Shown: positions 1 to 12,874, counted from the stretch's first letter. The stretch is 50,691 bases of DNA from Sphaeroforma arctica JP610 (GCF_001186125.1 NW_014040524.1:1-50691), one strand, 5' to 3'. The notes: generated by a model from the letters alone, not told the origin. Numbers and translations are program-made.

Positions 1-462
1 AAAACTAAGTCGGTAATTCTTGATAAGTGGCAAGTTATCGATTCCATATGTTCACACATTGTATCATACATACTTGCCATTTTTGAAATAAATAATATTA
101 TCACTAAATAATATTATCCCTAAGGACATCAAGAGTGTTTTTAATTCTTTAATTTTTTTTTCTAAAGATAGGATTTTATAAGTCTCTCGGATTCGCCCCA
201 ACGAAACATACCATGGTTTTATTAGAGCGACAACGAAACACTAAATAAAATTCCTTCGGCGAAAACAGTACTGAGAGGATTACATATATGCAATCTATCA
301 GCCGCACAATCTCTCAGACTATTGCTGTGTTGACGAGGCATACCTAACTTTACTAAAAGACTCATTTGGTTTATTTACTTTCAGTTTTTGGTGTACTTAG
401 ACTTACCTAAGGGTTTATTTACTCTTATGCGTTAATATAGCCTTAATAGACCGAAACTTACA

Positions 463-597
463 CCACTGAATAATTCAATCCACAGCATGAAATAGAACCC
501 AGATAAGCCATATAGAGAACTCCTACTGAATGATTTAATCCACAGCATCAAATAGAACCCGGATAAGCGATATAGAGAACTTCCACTGAATGATCTA
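463..597. repeat. ~60-bp tandem repeat, ~2.3 copies
   Basis: ccactgaat..aatccacagcat.aaatagaaccc.gataagc.atatagagaact repeated. Confidence 0.85.
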
Positions 598-599
598 AA

Positions 600-1030
600 T
601 TACACCTTCTCAAGTTCGCACAAATATCGAGCTGAAGCTCAAAAGAGGCATATCTGGTCTATTTTTCCATCACTCTACGTGTGTACTTCAGATCGTAGCG
701 TAGTACTGGAAACAATGTTGTTATAGACACCTTCTTTCCGAACCTCACCTCTACCTTTTTTTGGAGCTCATCTAGATAAAGAGACGGGTTCTCGGCGAAG
801 CATTAGTTGACAATTGAAGATAGCTGAGGGCTACGGATAGCGTCATTTCTTCGTTGTCTGCGAGTAGCTTTTGGGAAGGGCGTTCCTATAATCTTAAACC
901 GCGTCACAAATCTACGTGCTGATCGTTCTGAGATATTAAACAACAAGCGGATATCAGGATATGCGATACTATAAAAGTACCTAGCGATTACAATCAACCA
1001 GGCTATCTCCACGGATATCATACTGTTCAA
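600..1030 (-). mobile_element. Degenerate Tc1/mariner-IS630-like transposase fragment (N-terminal HTH region), pseudogenised
   Basis: Reading the 803..1030 minus ORF through its stop gives ...ISERSARRFVTRF...SSIVN*CFAENPSLYLDELQKKVEVRFGKKVSITTLFPVLRYDLKYTRRVMEK*. This resembles the NPxLYLDELQ...G..VS.ST...TRK pattern of Tc1/IS630-type transposases. It has two in-frame stops, and no DDE region was recognised. Confidence 0.65.
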
Positions 1031-1866
1031 AAAGAAATTGCTACAGTGGATAATTCTTTATTTATTTGTTTATAAGTATTGTACACATATTTCACTATTA
1101 GCCCGTGTATTCAACTTGCATGCTAGCGTGCTCTCTGGAGCTTTAGCTAGCTAACAAACGGCTCACAGACGAGCTACGGTAATTAAAAATCGGCTATGTA
1201 AATAAACAGTTTTTAAAAAAAAATCATGAACAGTTTTTATTTTATTTTTTAAGAAAATTCCTGCCGCCAAAAATATTTGTAACAGTCCTCTCAGCTTCTC
1301 CATGCCCCGGGAGAAGCACCTTGTAAAAAAAATAAATCCAAACCATTCGACCATTTTCGCGCGAAACATCCCAGTTGTAATTTTCAGTTTGCCCATTGGT
1401 CAACAGATACGCCCTTCGAGCTTTTGGATTATGGAAATATACAGACTGTGATTTTATTATAATAGAAAATATAAAATATGCCAATCAGAACTTGTATATT
1501 CTAAAATCTATTTTCAGTACCCAGTGGTGAGCTGGGTCTGACCAAAATGTTCGAACGTTTTCAATATTTCCTACAGGATGCAACACCCACGCTAAGCTAT
1601 ATGTATGTGACAGAATATCTGTATTCTACAATTCCATCTTGTTGTTGAAAAAAATCATATTATCATAGCCCTCTCTAAATTATACAACGTCTTTTTTTAT
1701 TAAAAAAAGTACTGCCACAGGCCCACACCGTCCAGTCGTCCACACGGCACACATAAATCTGAGCGCGCCAAAAACTCTGATGAGCGATTATAGTTCAAAG
1801 CAGTTCGGTACCACAGGTTAAGTATTTCGTGTACAATTTTTTAATTTCACATCATATATTTTTTTT

Positions 1867-2123
1867 ATACGGAGGGTTTGAAGGTTTAACGACAATTTGA
1901 CACAAACCTGCTGAGAAGTAAATTTAAAACCGTTTTTTCAAAATGCATTTGATGGTATTTTTTTAATCACCTCAGTAATTTCACACGAATTTAGAATATC
2001 ATATATTGTTGTATATTAAATACGGAGGGTTTGAAGGTTTATCGACAATTTGACACAAACCTGCTGAGAAGTAAATTTAAAACCGTTTTTTCAAAATGCA
2101 TTTGATGGTATTTTTTTAATCAC
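1867..2123. repeat. ~105-bp direct repeat (two copies, ~1867-1971 and ~2020-2123) upstream of the PDI gene
   Basis: tacggagggtttgaaggttta.cgacaatttgacacaaacctgctgagaagtaaatttaaaaccg...tttaatcacc present twice, nearly identical. Confidence 0.9.
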
Positions 2124-2295
2124 CACAGAAAAGTCAGAGTCAAAAACAAGTGAAGTTGTTTATAAAATAAACAAACGAACTTTTCACCAGAGACGTTCAC
2201 GGTTCACAAACATTTTTTTATAACTAAATATATCATTCCATATTCTCTATCTGAGTTCAGAATTGCTTGTACAGGTGCTCGCACAGTCTGTCAGT

Positions 2296-5200
2296 ATGTT
2301 TGCCCGTACTTTTTTTGCCGCCCTTGTGGCGCTAATCGCTGTGCAAGTCAGTGCTGAAGATGTTCCGTCGCTCAATGCCGATACGATCGACGCCTTTGTG
2401 GCCAAGGATGCCGCACTCATAAAATTTTTTGCACCTGTAAGTGATTTGGGTGGGTCTTCTGACTGCTTTATACAAATTCTTTATTGTTTGCGCTGAAACC
2501 CAAAAGCGAATCAATGCATGGTTATACATACATACTGATTCATCGATCTAACGTATGACATGCATATTGCATTGCAGTGGTGTGGACACTGCAAGAACAT
2601 GGCGCCCGCTTACATTGCCGCTAACGAAAAATTGGCTGCCGCCGGCATCGAGGGATCATTGGGAGAGGTTGATTGTACCGTCAACTCGGTGCGTGTTCTT
2701 CTCTGACAGTCATATGAGTTGTAGTTGTATATAGTTGTTGCTTGTCGTGCAAGCCACGGGTATCTTGGATACCTCTATTATCTTAGTACGATACTGGTTT
2801 ACTATAAGTAAGCAGCGCGTTGTACGTGATCGTGTGCGCAAGCATGTATAGCCAAACAATTACTTTACTGCGGTGATAGATCTGCGGTGACAATATTCTT
2901 TTAGGATGCATATGACTTGTAATTTTCCAAGGGGCATTGGTTCTTTATGCGTTTAGCGACTTTCCTACGAGTATGTCTTGGGCGGCTGGTGCGGTTGAGC
3001 TCCATATAGCTGGTTAGATAAGTTCGTGGTGGTGTTACGCTTCATGTTAAAGGGCAAGCTGCTCTCTATAAGATTTACAATAGGGAGGATGGCATTGAAC
3101 TGCAAACGCATACATGGGAATGTTCTTGATTCATATATGTACCACACTCGCATCCGCTCCAGGTTCCAGTGGTTTTATAAAAGCCACTGCATCTGAGCTA
3201 TTCTATCACGAGTACTGTCCCGGTTTTGTGGTTCTGCGCCTAAGGCCCACTTTGATGGGCTCGAGGAACGTGAGCTTTCCTATGATTTTTTTATTAGATT
3301 TTCTGTTTCGCGGTGGCTATGCTACGTCGTGTTTCATTCCCGAGTAGGCAAGTGCGCGTGCTGAAGGTTATCAGTCACTTCTAGAATTGAACTAGTGACG
3401 GTACACGTGTCAGTGAACCTCGTGTTTTGAAACTGGCCCATGAATGGATCGCAGACAACACTTGAGTTGTAGATCTACATCATCCTAACAATACTGCACT
3501 TGGCATCTTTGCAGGCTGTATGTTCGAAGTACGACGTAAAGGGCTACCCTACGCTTCTTTTCTTCTCGAAGGGTGAGAATGTGGAGAAGTACTCCAAAGG
3601 ACGTACAGAGGATGCCATCATTGAGTTTATTAAGTCTAAATCAGGCGCTGCACCCGCTGAAGAAGAAAAGGCACCCGCTGCTGCCGCACCTGCCGAGGGT
3701 GTGCCTTCACTGACTGCTGACACCTTCGATGCCTTTGTCGCCAAGGACGCTGCTCTGGTCAAATTCTTTGCCCCCGTAAGTTCAATGTGGCATCTGTGGT
3801 TGTATCTCCGTATCTTATGCCCTTAATTATAACGTCTGTGCAAGTGTTCATGCGGTGCGAGTAGTATTTTAATTAAATTCCGAAATTGATTGACTTGAGG
3901 AGTCCTATTCTTCGCTCTAGTGAGTTGAGTTTGGAGTAATAGTTTGCTTGTATTTATTAATATTGCCATTGCCTAGCACTTCACCTCCGTCAGTGACTTC
4001 TAGCGCTCACAAACTGTAGCATAGCCATTTGATATGGATCAAATGTCATCGTGCAAAATATACAAAAATTGCACACCCATCAGCTAGCCATTCTGTTAGC
4101 CTGAAACATGGTATTCTGTTAGCCTGAACCATGGTATATTCTTGCTCTACTTATGTACTTATACTGTAACTACCGAGCACAAAGAGATCGTTTTGAAAGA
4201 TTTGTTCTATTCCAGATTGTGTTCACGCACCCATAGAACGTACGCTTATCAGTCGATAGTTATTAACGTCACAAATCGTATTTGTAACACAAATATAGTG
4301 GTGTGGACACTGCAAGAACATGGCACCTGCGTACAAAGCCGCCAACGAGAAGCTGAACGCCGCCGGCCACCAGAGCACTTTGGCTGAGGTCGATTGCACC
4401 GTGCAGAAGGATGTTTGCTCAAAGTACGAAGTCAAGGGTTACCCCACATTGTTGTTCTTCTCTAAGGGTGAGAATGTTGAGAAGTACTCGAAAGGACGCA
4501 CTGAGGATGCCTTCATTGAGTTCATCAAGTCCAAGTCTGGCGCACCCGCTGCTGAGGCGAAGGAGGCACCCGCCGCGGCGGCAACTGATGGCGTACCTTC
4601 GCTGACTGCCGATACCTTCGAAAGCTTTGTCGCCAAGGATGCTGCTCTTGTTAAGTTCTTCGCCCCTGTAAGTAACTCGAATTGCTGCGGTTTATCAACA
4701 TTTTTTTAACACTTCTGGTGTTTATTTTTGCGTCCAATTTTGACGCACTGTGAGTATATTGAGATTTCGTTAGAAGTGTTTGTTCTGCAACACGAGACTT
4801 TCTACTCTGATTTAGTGGCTAGTTATTGGGAGCAAATTAGAAAATTGGGACCCATTGAGACATACCTAGACATTTACCCTCAATCGTTCGTCATCTCCCT
4901 TCGTTATTTGATGCCCCAATGTCGTATTGGTCTCAAATCCTTCAATGTATTGTACATAGTGGTGTGGACACTGCAAGAACATGGCACCCGCGTACAAGGC
5001 CGCTAACGAGAAGCTCAACGCTGCTGGCCACAAGAGCACTTTGGCTGAGGTCGATTGCACCGTGCAGAAGGATGTTTGCTCAAAGTACGAAGTCAGGGGT
5101 TACCCCACACTGTTGTTTTTCTCTAAGGGTGAGAATGTTGAGAAATACTCCAAAGGTCGCACTGAGGATGCCTTAATTGAGTTCATCAAGTCTAAGTCCG

Positions 5201-8200
5201 GCGCTCCCGCTGCTGAGGCGAAGGAGGCCCCCGCAGCCACGGCCCCCGAGAGTGTACCATCACTTACCGCTGATACCTTCGATGACTTTGTTGCTAAGGA
5301 CGCTGCCCTAGTGAAGTTTTTTGCACCTGTATGTAGCTTGATTGAATAAGGTCGACAGACAGATTCTTGATTCTTTGGCCGATGACGCAATGTTATCTGT
5401 GAATGTGTATTTTCATTTTTTTTTACAATGGTTGTTGTTTTTGAGTGTTGCTGAACCTAAGGGGTTCGTTGCGTCCTTGATTACATTCATTTGTTGTTCC
5501 TTTGGTTGAAGTAATGATCGTCTTCGTGCATGTTGATTGCATGGTTATGAAGTCTAACCGCTTTGATCACTATATATTCGTATCCAGTGGTGTGGACACT
5601 GTAAGAGCATGGCGCCCGCTTACAAGGCCGCCAACGAGAAGTTGAACGCCGCTGGCCACCAGAGCACTTTGGCTGAGGTCGATTGCACCGTGCAGAAGGA
5701 TGTTTGCTCAAAGTACGCAGTCAAGGATTACCCCACATTGTTGTTCTTCTCTAAGGGTGAGAATGTTGAGAAATACTCGAAAGGACGCACTGAGGATGCC
5801 TTCATTGAGTTTATCAAGTCCAAGTCTGGCGCTCCCGCTGCTGAGGCGAAGGAGGCCGCCGAGGGTGTACCATCATTATCGTCAGCCACTTTTGATAGCT
5901 TTGTCGCTAAGGATGCTGCCCTTGTTAAATTCTTCGCCCCCGTATGTATTTTTGGTTAGCTTTCCCTTGCTGTATCATTGCACATCCTGTTGATAATATA
6001 GTCGCTTTGTTCATTGCAATGGGAGATGTTATTACGAGAATTTAGCTGGTATTAGCTAGAATTGTACAATTATTCTCCATGGATTCTTGAGTCTCTTACA
6101 TTTCTGGTTAACTTATCTATTTCTCATACCTTATATCTTCACAGTGGTGTGGACACTGCAAAAATATGGCGCCTGCGTATAAGGCCGCTGATGCGAAATT
6201 GGCCGCCGCTGGACTAAAGAACACATTGGCTGAGGTTGACTGCACTGTTGAGAAGGTGTGTTGTCTTTAACCTCTAAACTTTAAATTTATTTCCCGATTT
6301 GACATGTACTGCACGCGTGAGAATGGCGAAAGCCAGAAATGCTCCGCACTTTTCGAGGACATTGGGGGGTCGACCTGTATTTTTTCTGCATACAAACGCA
6401 TGGTGTGGTACCACACAAATATATACGCGGCAGAATTTATCATGTGCAGAAATAACACGGCGCGGTTCCTTAGGTTCGCATACAACTGATTCAGTATGTA
6501 TAAGGTGGGTGTACTGTTACTCGGAGAGTAAGTTTTTGCTCTGCATCCTCCAATATATACTAATCGCCTACTCACTATATGCACAGGAACTATGCACAAA
6601 ACACGGAGTGAAGGGATACCCCACACTTCTATTCTTCAGCAAGGGCGAGAATGTTGAGAAGTACTCGAAAGGACGCACTGAGGATGCCTTCATTGAGTTC
6701 ATCAAGTCCAAGTCTGGCGCACCTGCTGCTGAGGCGAAGGAGGCACCCGCCGCGGCGGCTACTGATGGCGTACCTTCGCTGACTGCCGATACCTTCGATA
6801 GCTTTGTCGCCAAGGATGCTGCTCTCGTCAAGTTTTTCGCGCCTGTAAGTAATTTGTTTTGTTGAGGTAGAACATATCTATAGTGTGTTTTTCCTGAGGC
6901 GCGTACCTCACCATAATGTATATCTATTGTCACTCACTTCATGAGCCCAATTCCTAAATCAAACAGCATTCATTTTTTTTTGTCGTTACTGTGAGTCTAT
7001 GTAATTCTCACCTTTTTTAACTTTTATCTGAATATAGTGGTGCGGACACTGCAAGAACATGGCACCTGCGTACAAGGCCGCCAATGAAAAATTGGAAGCT
7101 GCTGGAATTAAGGGCTCTTTGGCTGAAGTCGACTGCACTGTGCAAAAAGTGTGTAGCCATGTATTGCATACGAGGAAGATTGTTAAAAACCGGTTTGGGC
7201 TTGCTCAGCTGTTCGATATCGTTCTGCGGTATCTATTCTTACGCCCGGGGCCATTGGGAACTATCTAGTAATCTTGGCTATTCCTTTGCTATATATGTTA
7301 CTGATTCAAGCACACTTTTCTCCATTCCTATTTAGGATCTATGCACAAAGCACGGAGTCAAGGGTTATCCCACGCTTCTGTTCTTTTCTAACGGTGAGAA
7401 TGTGGAGAAATATTCCAAGGGACGTACCGAAGATGTATTCATTGAGTTTATCAAATCTAAGTCTGCTGCGGCCACCGATGGTTTGCCGTCTTTGACTGCC
7501 GATACTTTTGATGCTTTCGTCGCTAAGGATGCCGCTTTGGTCAAGTTTTTCGCACCTGTAAGTGGTAGCCATTTCATTTTGTCTTGTTTTCTCGAATTTG
7601 TCGCTTACAAAGTATCCGTGACCCACGAATGTTATCGGAGCTATGAATCAGATGTCAGCTCTGTGCTAATTGTAATTGATTATTTTCCTTCTCCGGTTTT
7701 CGTTATCAGTGGTGCGGACACTGCAAGAAAATGGCGCCTGCGTATAAGGCTGCCAACGAGAAGTTGGTAGCTGCGGGAATCAAAGGTTCTCTTGGTGAAG
7801 TGGATTGCACCAAGCAATCGGTAAGTGGCTATCTTCAAAGGGAGGTTTGTGTATCGTCGCCAATTTCATCGAGACACTTGAGCGCGGAAGGCTGGAATTA
7901 CGATTTTATTGTCTGCCATCCGTGGACTTTCTCGTGTGACATTCTGATGGTTAGCCGCTGTTGAGGGAATTGTGTTTGAGAGTACTGAGTATCTAGGATC
8001 AATACCGATAGCTCACTAGTTGGTTTTCCGATTCACTCAGGATGTCTGCTCAGCACATGGAGTCAAGGGCTACCCCACACTACTGTTCTTCTCCAAGGGT
8101 GAGAATGTTGAAAAGTACTCTATTGCACGTACAGAGGATGCCCTCATTGAGTTCATCAAGTCTAAGACCGGTGCATCCGCTGAGGAGGAGAAGGCCGCTC

Positions 8201-9501
8201 CGGCCGCTGAGGAGCTCACGGCCAATGGCAATGTTGTGGTACTTACAGAATCCAACTTCGACGCTCAGATCAAGAGTGCCGAAGTTGCCCTCGTCAAGTT
8301 CTTTGCGCCGGTATGTGTTGTTTCGTAGATTTGTCGTGATCGATTGCAATTTTTCTCGGCCATGGAGAGTCTAATAACGAGTTTGTTAATTTAGCTGGGG
8401 ATCGTTGGTTGCCTTGAACAATTCTGTATTCGATCCGCAATGCGTTCGTGTGCCGGTGAAGTATTTAACAATGTTCTGCTTTTGTCCGTCTAGTCATCCA
8501 TACTAATTATTTGTTGTATATTTAAACTACCTTATACAGTGGTGTGGACACTGCAAGTCTCTCGCACCCCACTACAAAGAGGCAGCTACTAAGTTGAAGA
8601 CTGCTGGTTCTAAGGCTTTGATCGCTGAGGTCGATTGCACAGTTGAAAATAGTCTTTCGAAATACGCACCCGACGGCTACCCGACCGTTTTGCTATTCAA
8701 GAACGGTATGTTCCACAGTTTAGTGAATGTGCTTTTGAATATATGGTACTGGGCGGCACATGATGTAATTGTTTCAGTATTAGGTGAATATTATATAGCA
8801 TGTTATCATACGTTACTGTATTTGTTGTACGAAAATCAAATAGCAGTTGGGACGAACGTGCAGATGCTGTTAGATTTTCCCACTTTCGTTGTGGTGGTTA
8901 GCTACCAGCAGCTCTATATAGCCAAGTAACTAACCATTCCCATTGTATATGCTATTCAGGCGAAGAGATTGAGGAATGGATGGGATCAGACCGCACAGCC
9001 GATGGAATCGTCTCGTATGTCAATAAGGCCGCTGGTGTTATTAATGTAGAGGAGAACAACGCCGAGGCTGTCAAGGCGGACGAGGCCGTCGAGGCCGCAT
9101 CAGGCGAACTTACTTACGATGACGATGTCATGATCCTTACCGAGGGCAACTTCGAGAAGCAGATCAAAGCCAACCCTCTCATGCTCATCAAGGTATACGC
9201 ACCATGGTGTGGGCATTGTAAGGCACTCGCTCCATTCTACAAGGAGGCTGCGGCGCAGTTGAAGGCGGCGAGTTCCACGGCAGTACTAGCCGAGGTAGAT
9301 GCCACCGTTCAGGAGAGCTTGAAGAAGCTGGCGCCTGAGGGTTACCCCACCGTGTTGCTGTACAAGGATGGCAAGGAAGTTGAAGAGTGGATGGGACAAC
9401 GCTCGACTGAGGATATTGTCAATTACATGAACAAGCACGCGGGTGCAGCTGACGCGGCCACTGACGATGCCACTGCCGATGACACGCACGACGAGCTTTA
9501 A
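2296..9501 (+). CDS. Protein disulfide-isomerase family protein with nine tandem catalytic (WCGHC) thioredoxin domains, ERp46/TXNDC5-like, ER-retained (HDEL); ~1131 aa
   Basis: Exons 2296-2436, 2578-2688, 3515-3775, 4299-4667, 4960-5328, 5588-5941, 6145-6255, 6587-6844, 7038-7148, 7336-7557, 7710-7820, 8041-8310, 8540-8705, 8960-9501. All introns are GT-AG and phase-consistent (3396 nt). Signal peptide MFARTFFAALVALIAVQVSA; nine KF(F/Y)APWCGHCK-type motifs (last is KVYAPWCGHCK); YPT cis-Pro loops; ends THDEL*. Confidence 0.93.
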
Positions 9502-10220
9502 AGATACTGACCAATCAGTCAAACCGTCAAGGAGTGGCGCACTGGTTTAGCAGGTTTTGTCGGGACGCGGACATGTGAGTTCTTGTAAATATCTGACAAT
9601 TTCATTCGCGTGATGCACAACACTTCTACTTCTGCGCACGCCCGATGTTCTATGAATTTCAAACTTCAACTATCGGTAGCTGAACAGCACCGTCTGAGGG
9701 CTACAATTGGACTAGCTCTCATGCCGGCTGTTACGATTTGTAATTATAATATTTGATTAGTAAAATGCCATGATTAATATTAAAGAGTGATTTTGAACTT
9801 GTTTGAACCAAAGTTCTCTTAAATTCGATCATCAAATCTCTATCTTAACCACTGGTGTTCCGAAATTTAAGATAGATAACACGAATAGTTCTGCGTAATG
9901 GAAGCGATTTAGGGATTTAAGTATCATGAATGGCCGACACCAGGTATTTTGTGGTTTATTTGTCAATTACAGCTATAAGTACACAGCACTACACCTTCAA
10001 TCAAAATCGAGAGGACGGTAAAAGGAGCGACCAAATTTCAAACACTATTTACGAGATGACTACATTCAGTCGTAACAGGCGAGAGCGCATGAACTCCAAC
10101 ACCCGCTGAGAGCACACATTGTGCTAAATCCGCCGTGCTAAACACTTCTTCGCCAATGTTCGCCACTCCACCTACCACGGCCATGCATCAGGATGTAACG
10201 CCAACTTAACTATCCACCCA

Positions 10221-12816
10221 CTATAATTTCTTGCTGATTTTCGTTTTTTTTGATATCTTCTGTTCCTTGTCACCGTGGGGTTGTGACACACTCTTCCTCT
10301 CCTTGGCACTGAGCATGACTTTGCTGAGAATGTCGATGTTCGAGCCCTTTTCAACTGTCGTATCAACGTTCCTCTTTTTGGTCACCTCAGCGGCACTACC
10401 ACTGTCATGCGGTCGCTTACTGTGCTCGTTCGCTTTAGCCTTCGCGTCCTTGGGGTGTGTGAAGTAGCATGCAGACCTGGTGCACTCGTCGCCTAACTTG
10501 CACTTCTTTCCAAAGGTCTTGACCGCTCGTGTCTTCTTCTTGTCCACCGCATGTCCTCCACCCCATTTGCACACACTGGGTGCGGATTTGCCCTCGCCTT
10601 CCTTCCCATTTGTGCGATTTCTGCCGCCATCGGATTTAGTTTTTTTGCTAATACTCACACCCACACCATTGTCGGTCAGCTGCACGTCAGCTGCTGGTAC
10701 AGTGATGTTCTGCTGCACACACAGCGGACATCGCACTGTGAGTTCTTTGCCAGGAGTCTTGTCTGGTTTGAGCGTACAACACGCAGAGCACATGAGCACA
10801 GGCACCCCACACGTGTAACACTTCTTCTTGCCAATGTACCTGTCCCATTCACACGCGCACACACAGCATTTTCCCAATACTCCCTCGCTCAGCCCCTTGC
10901 CAGCCTTCTCCTTCTTCTTCTTACCCCCTTCCACCACCCCGCCCACACCCGCAAGGTTGCCCACGCCGAACGCCTCACGTTTATCAAACACATAGTTCTT
11001 GCCCTGCCAGTGGCCTCCCTCGGGAAACTCTTGCAAATACTTCTCTATACCACCCTGCAGTTGAAAGATGCCGCCCAGATCCTTTCCCATCTCCGTATTG
11101 AGCAGTGCTGACGCGCGTTCGCAGCGTACCCCTCCTGTGCAGTACATCTGAGTATTATGCAAAAATAACCAGATCAGCGTGTGATCTTGGTCTTGACGTG
11201 GTGATAAGCTAAGCGTGATGAGATTCAAATTCCGAATGCGAGCGTGCTTATCTTTGTCGTGTCAGTGGTGTGGAACAAACCGAAGTGGGATCTGATCAAT
11301 CAAAACCCGGAGAGGGCTCAACTCAGTGGGTCGCACATTCCATCATCAACAGATTTAATTAAGTTATAGACCACCACAGCATACCAGAACTTGTTTGCCC
11401 TTCAACTCTGCTTTAGTCTCGTCCTTGGCCAGCCACTGCTTGAAGTCCGTGCTCTTGCGCATCTTGGGATCAATGTATTTAGCGCCTCCCTCCTTTTCTT
11501 GGCCATCAAAACGCCCGATCTCGGCTTCGTAGTGGTTGCGCACGTCGATGATAACGGTGTCATTTTCCTTCATCTTCTGATGGTAATCCTTTGGATCCAA
11601 GTGGGTGCCTCCATTGACTAATGGGGCATGTTTCTCATCCACACCATAGAACACCAACTCGTTCACAGGCAATATCTGTATCATATTTGTAGGCGGTTGC
11701 ATGGGACGTGGGCTGTTTTGTCAAACACATGCGAAAACGGTGCACGATTGCGGAACAGTGAATTTGCTGTGATCATTGGCAACATATCTACAACGAGCCA
11801 TTTAAAAGTACTGCGAAAGCGGTCTATTCTAGAGCAGAGGTTGTCCAAAGGATTTCAGCGACAACCGGTCTTGCTACCCTCACATTGCATATACCAACCA
11901 AATAACTGAATCTCAAAGGCAGACAATAGCAACTACATATGTCCGTGTTCGTCCCACACACCTACCTTTAAATCCTTGAAGGCGCGGTCAGGCGGCAGAT
12001 CATCGATGTATTTGTAGTCGGGCGTGGGATTCAAGAAAGGGCCTTTTCCCGCCTTAGCTGCCCAATTTGTCAGCGCATCGGCGAATTCCCTGACGGCGTC
12101 TGCTGTGCCTGACATGGTGGAGTTGATCCCCTCATTGGCCACGCGCAGTCTGCCGCCCAATTGCAAACGTCCCGTAGTGTCCTGCAGAAATGCGATCAAT
12201 CTCTGTTTCGCATCCTGTTGGCGGGCGCAATAGTATCGTTAATCACGTGGATTAAACACGCGGCGCGTTAAAAAACCACTGACGTCCGCCGTATTATAAT
12301 ATGATTGATATCACCGAAGCGTCGTAGATCAGATCCGAGTTTCCGATAGTCGCAAACCTTTACACGTTAAAAAGTATCAATATCCACATCCAACACCCTA
12401 CACGCGCCTTTCGTTCTCGAGATTTACATCGTACTGCGCGGAGACGTGAAGATCGCACCGAACAATTCGATATATCGGGATTGATCAGCGCATGTGGGAG
12501 ACAAACTCACAGACAGCCGTCTAAAACAATACTAAAAGTATAGACAGATATGTGTCTTATGCTGTGATAGTTTGCGAAGGGAAATGTGTGAAATAAATAA
12601 AAAGAACAAACATCCACACTTAACAAAATATATGTGTTCATACGTGTACAGCGATGAGGAATAACAAACACGAATAAATGAGCATATACCTAAAACATCT
12701 CCATACATTCTGATATAGATGTTTAACGCAGAAAACAATGTGAACACAATAGCTATATACACATACATACACACACACATATATATAAATTTATATATAC
12801 ACATAATTACATACAT

Positions 12817-12855
<39 letters not shown>

Positions 12856-12874
12856 TGTGTGTGTGGACTATGTG

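Noticed and set aside
3500..8929. Separate thioredoxin genes suggested by the many short ORFs
   Set aside because: The ORFs break at GT-AG sites that join in frame; there is only one signal peptide and one HDEL/stop.
3544..9522. Antisense ORFs over the PDI exons
   Set aside because: Shadow frames of codon-biased repeated exons.
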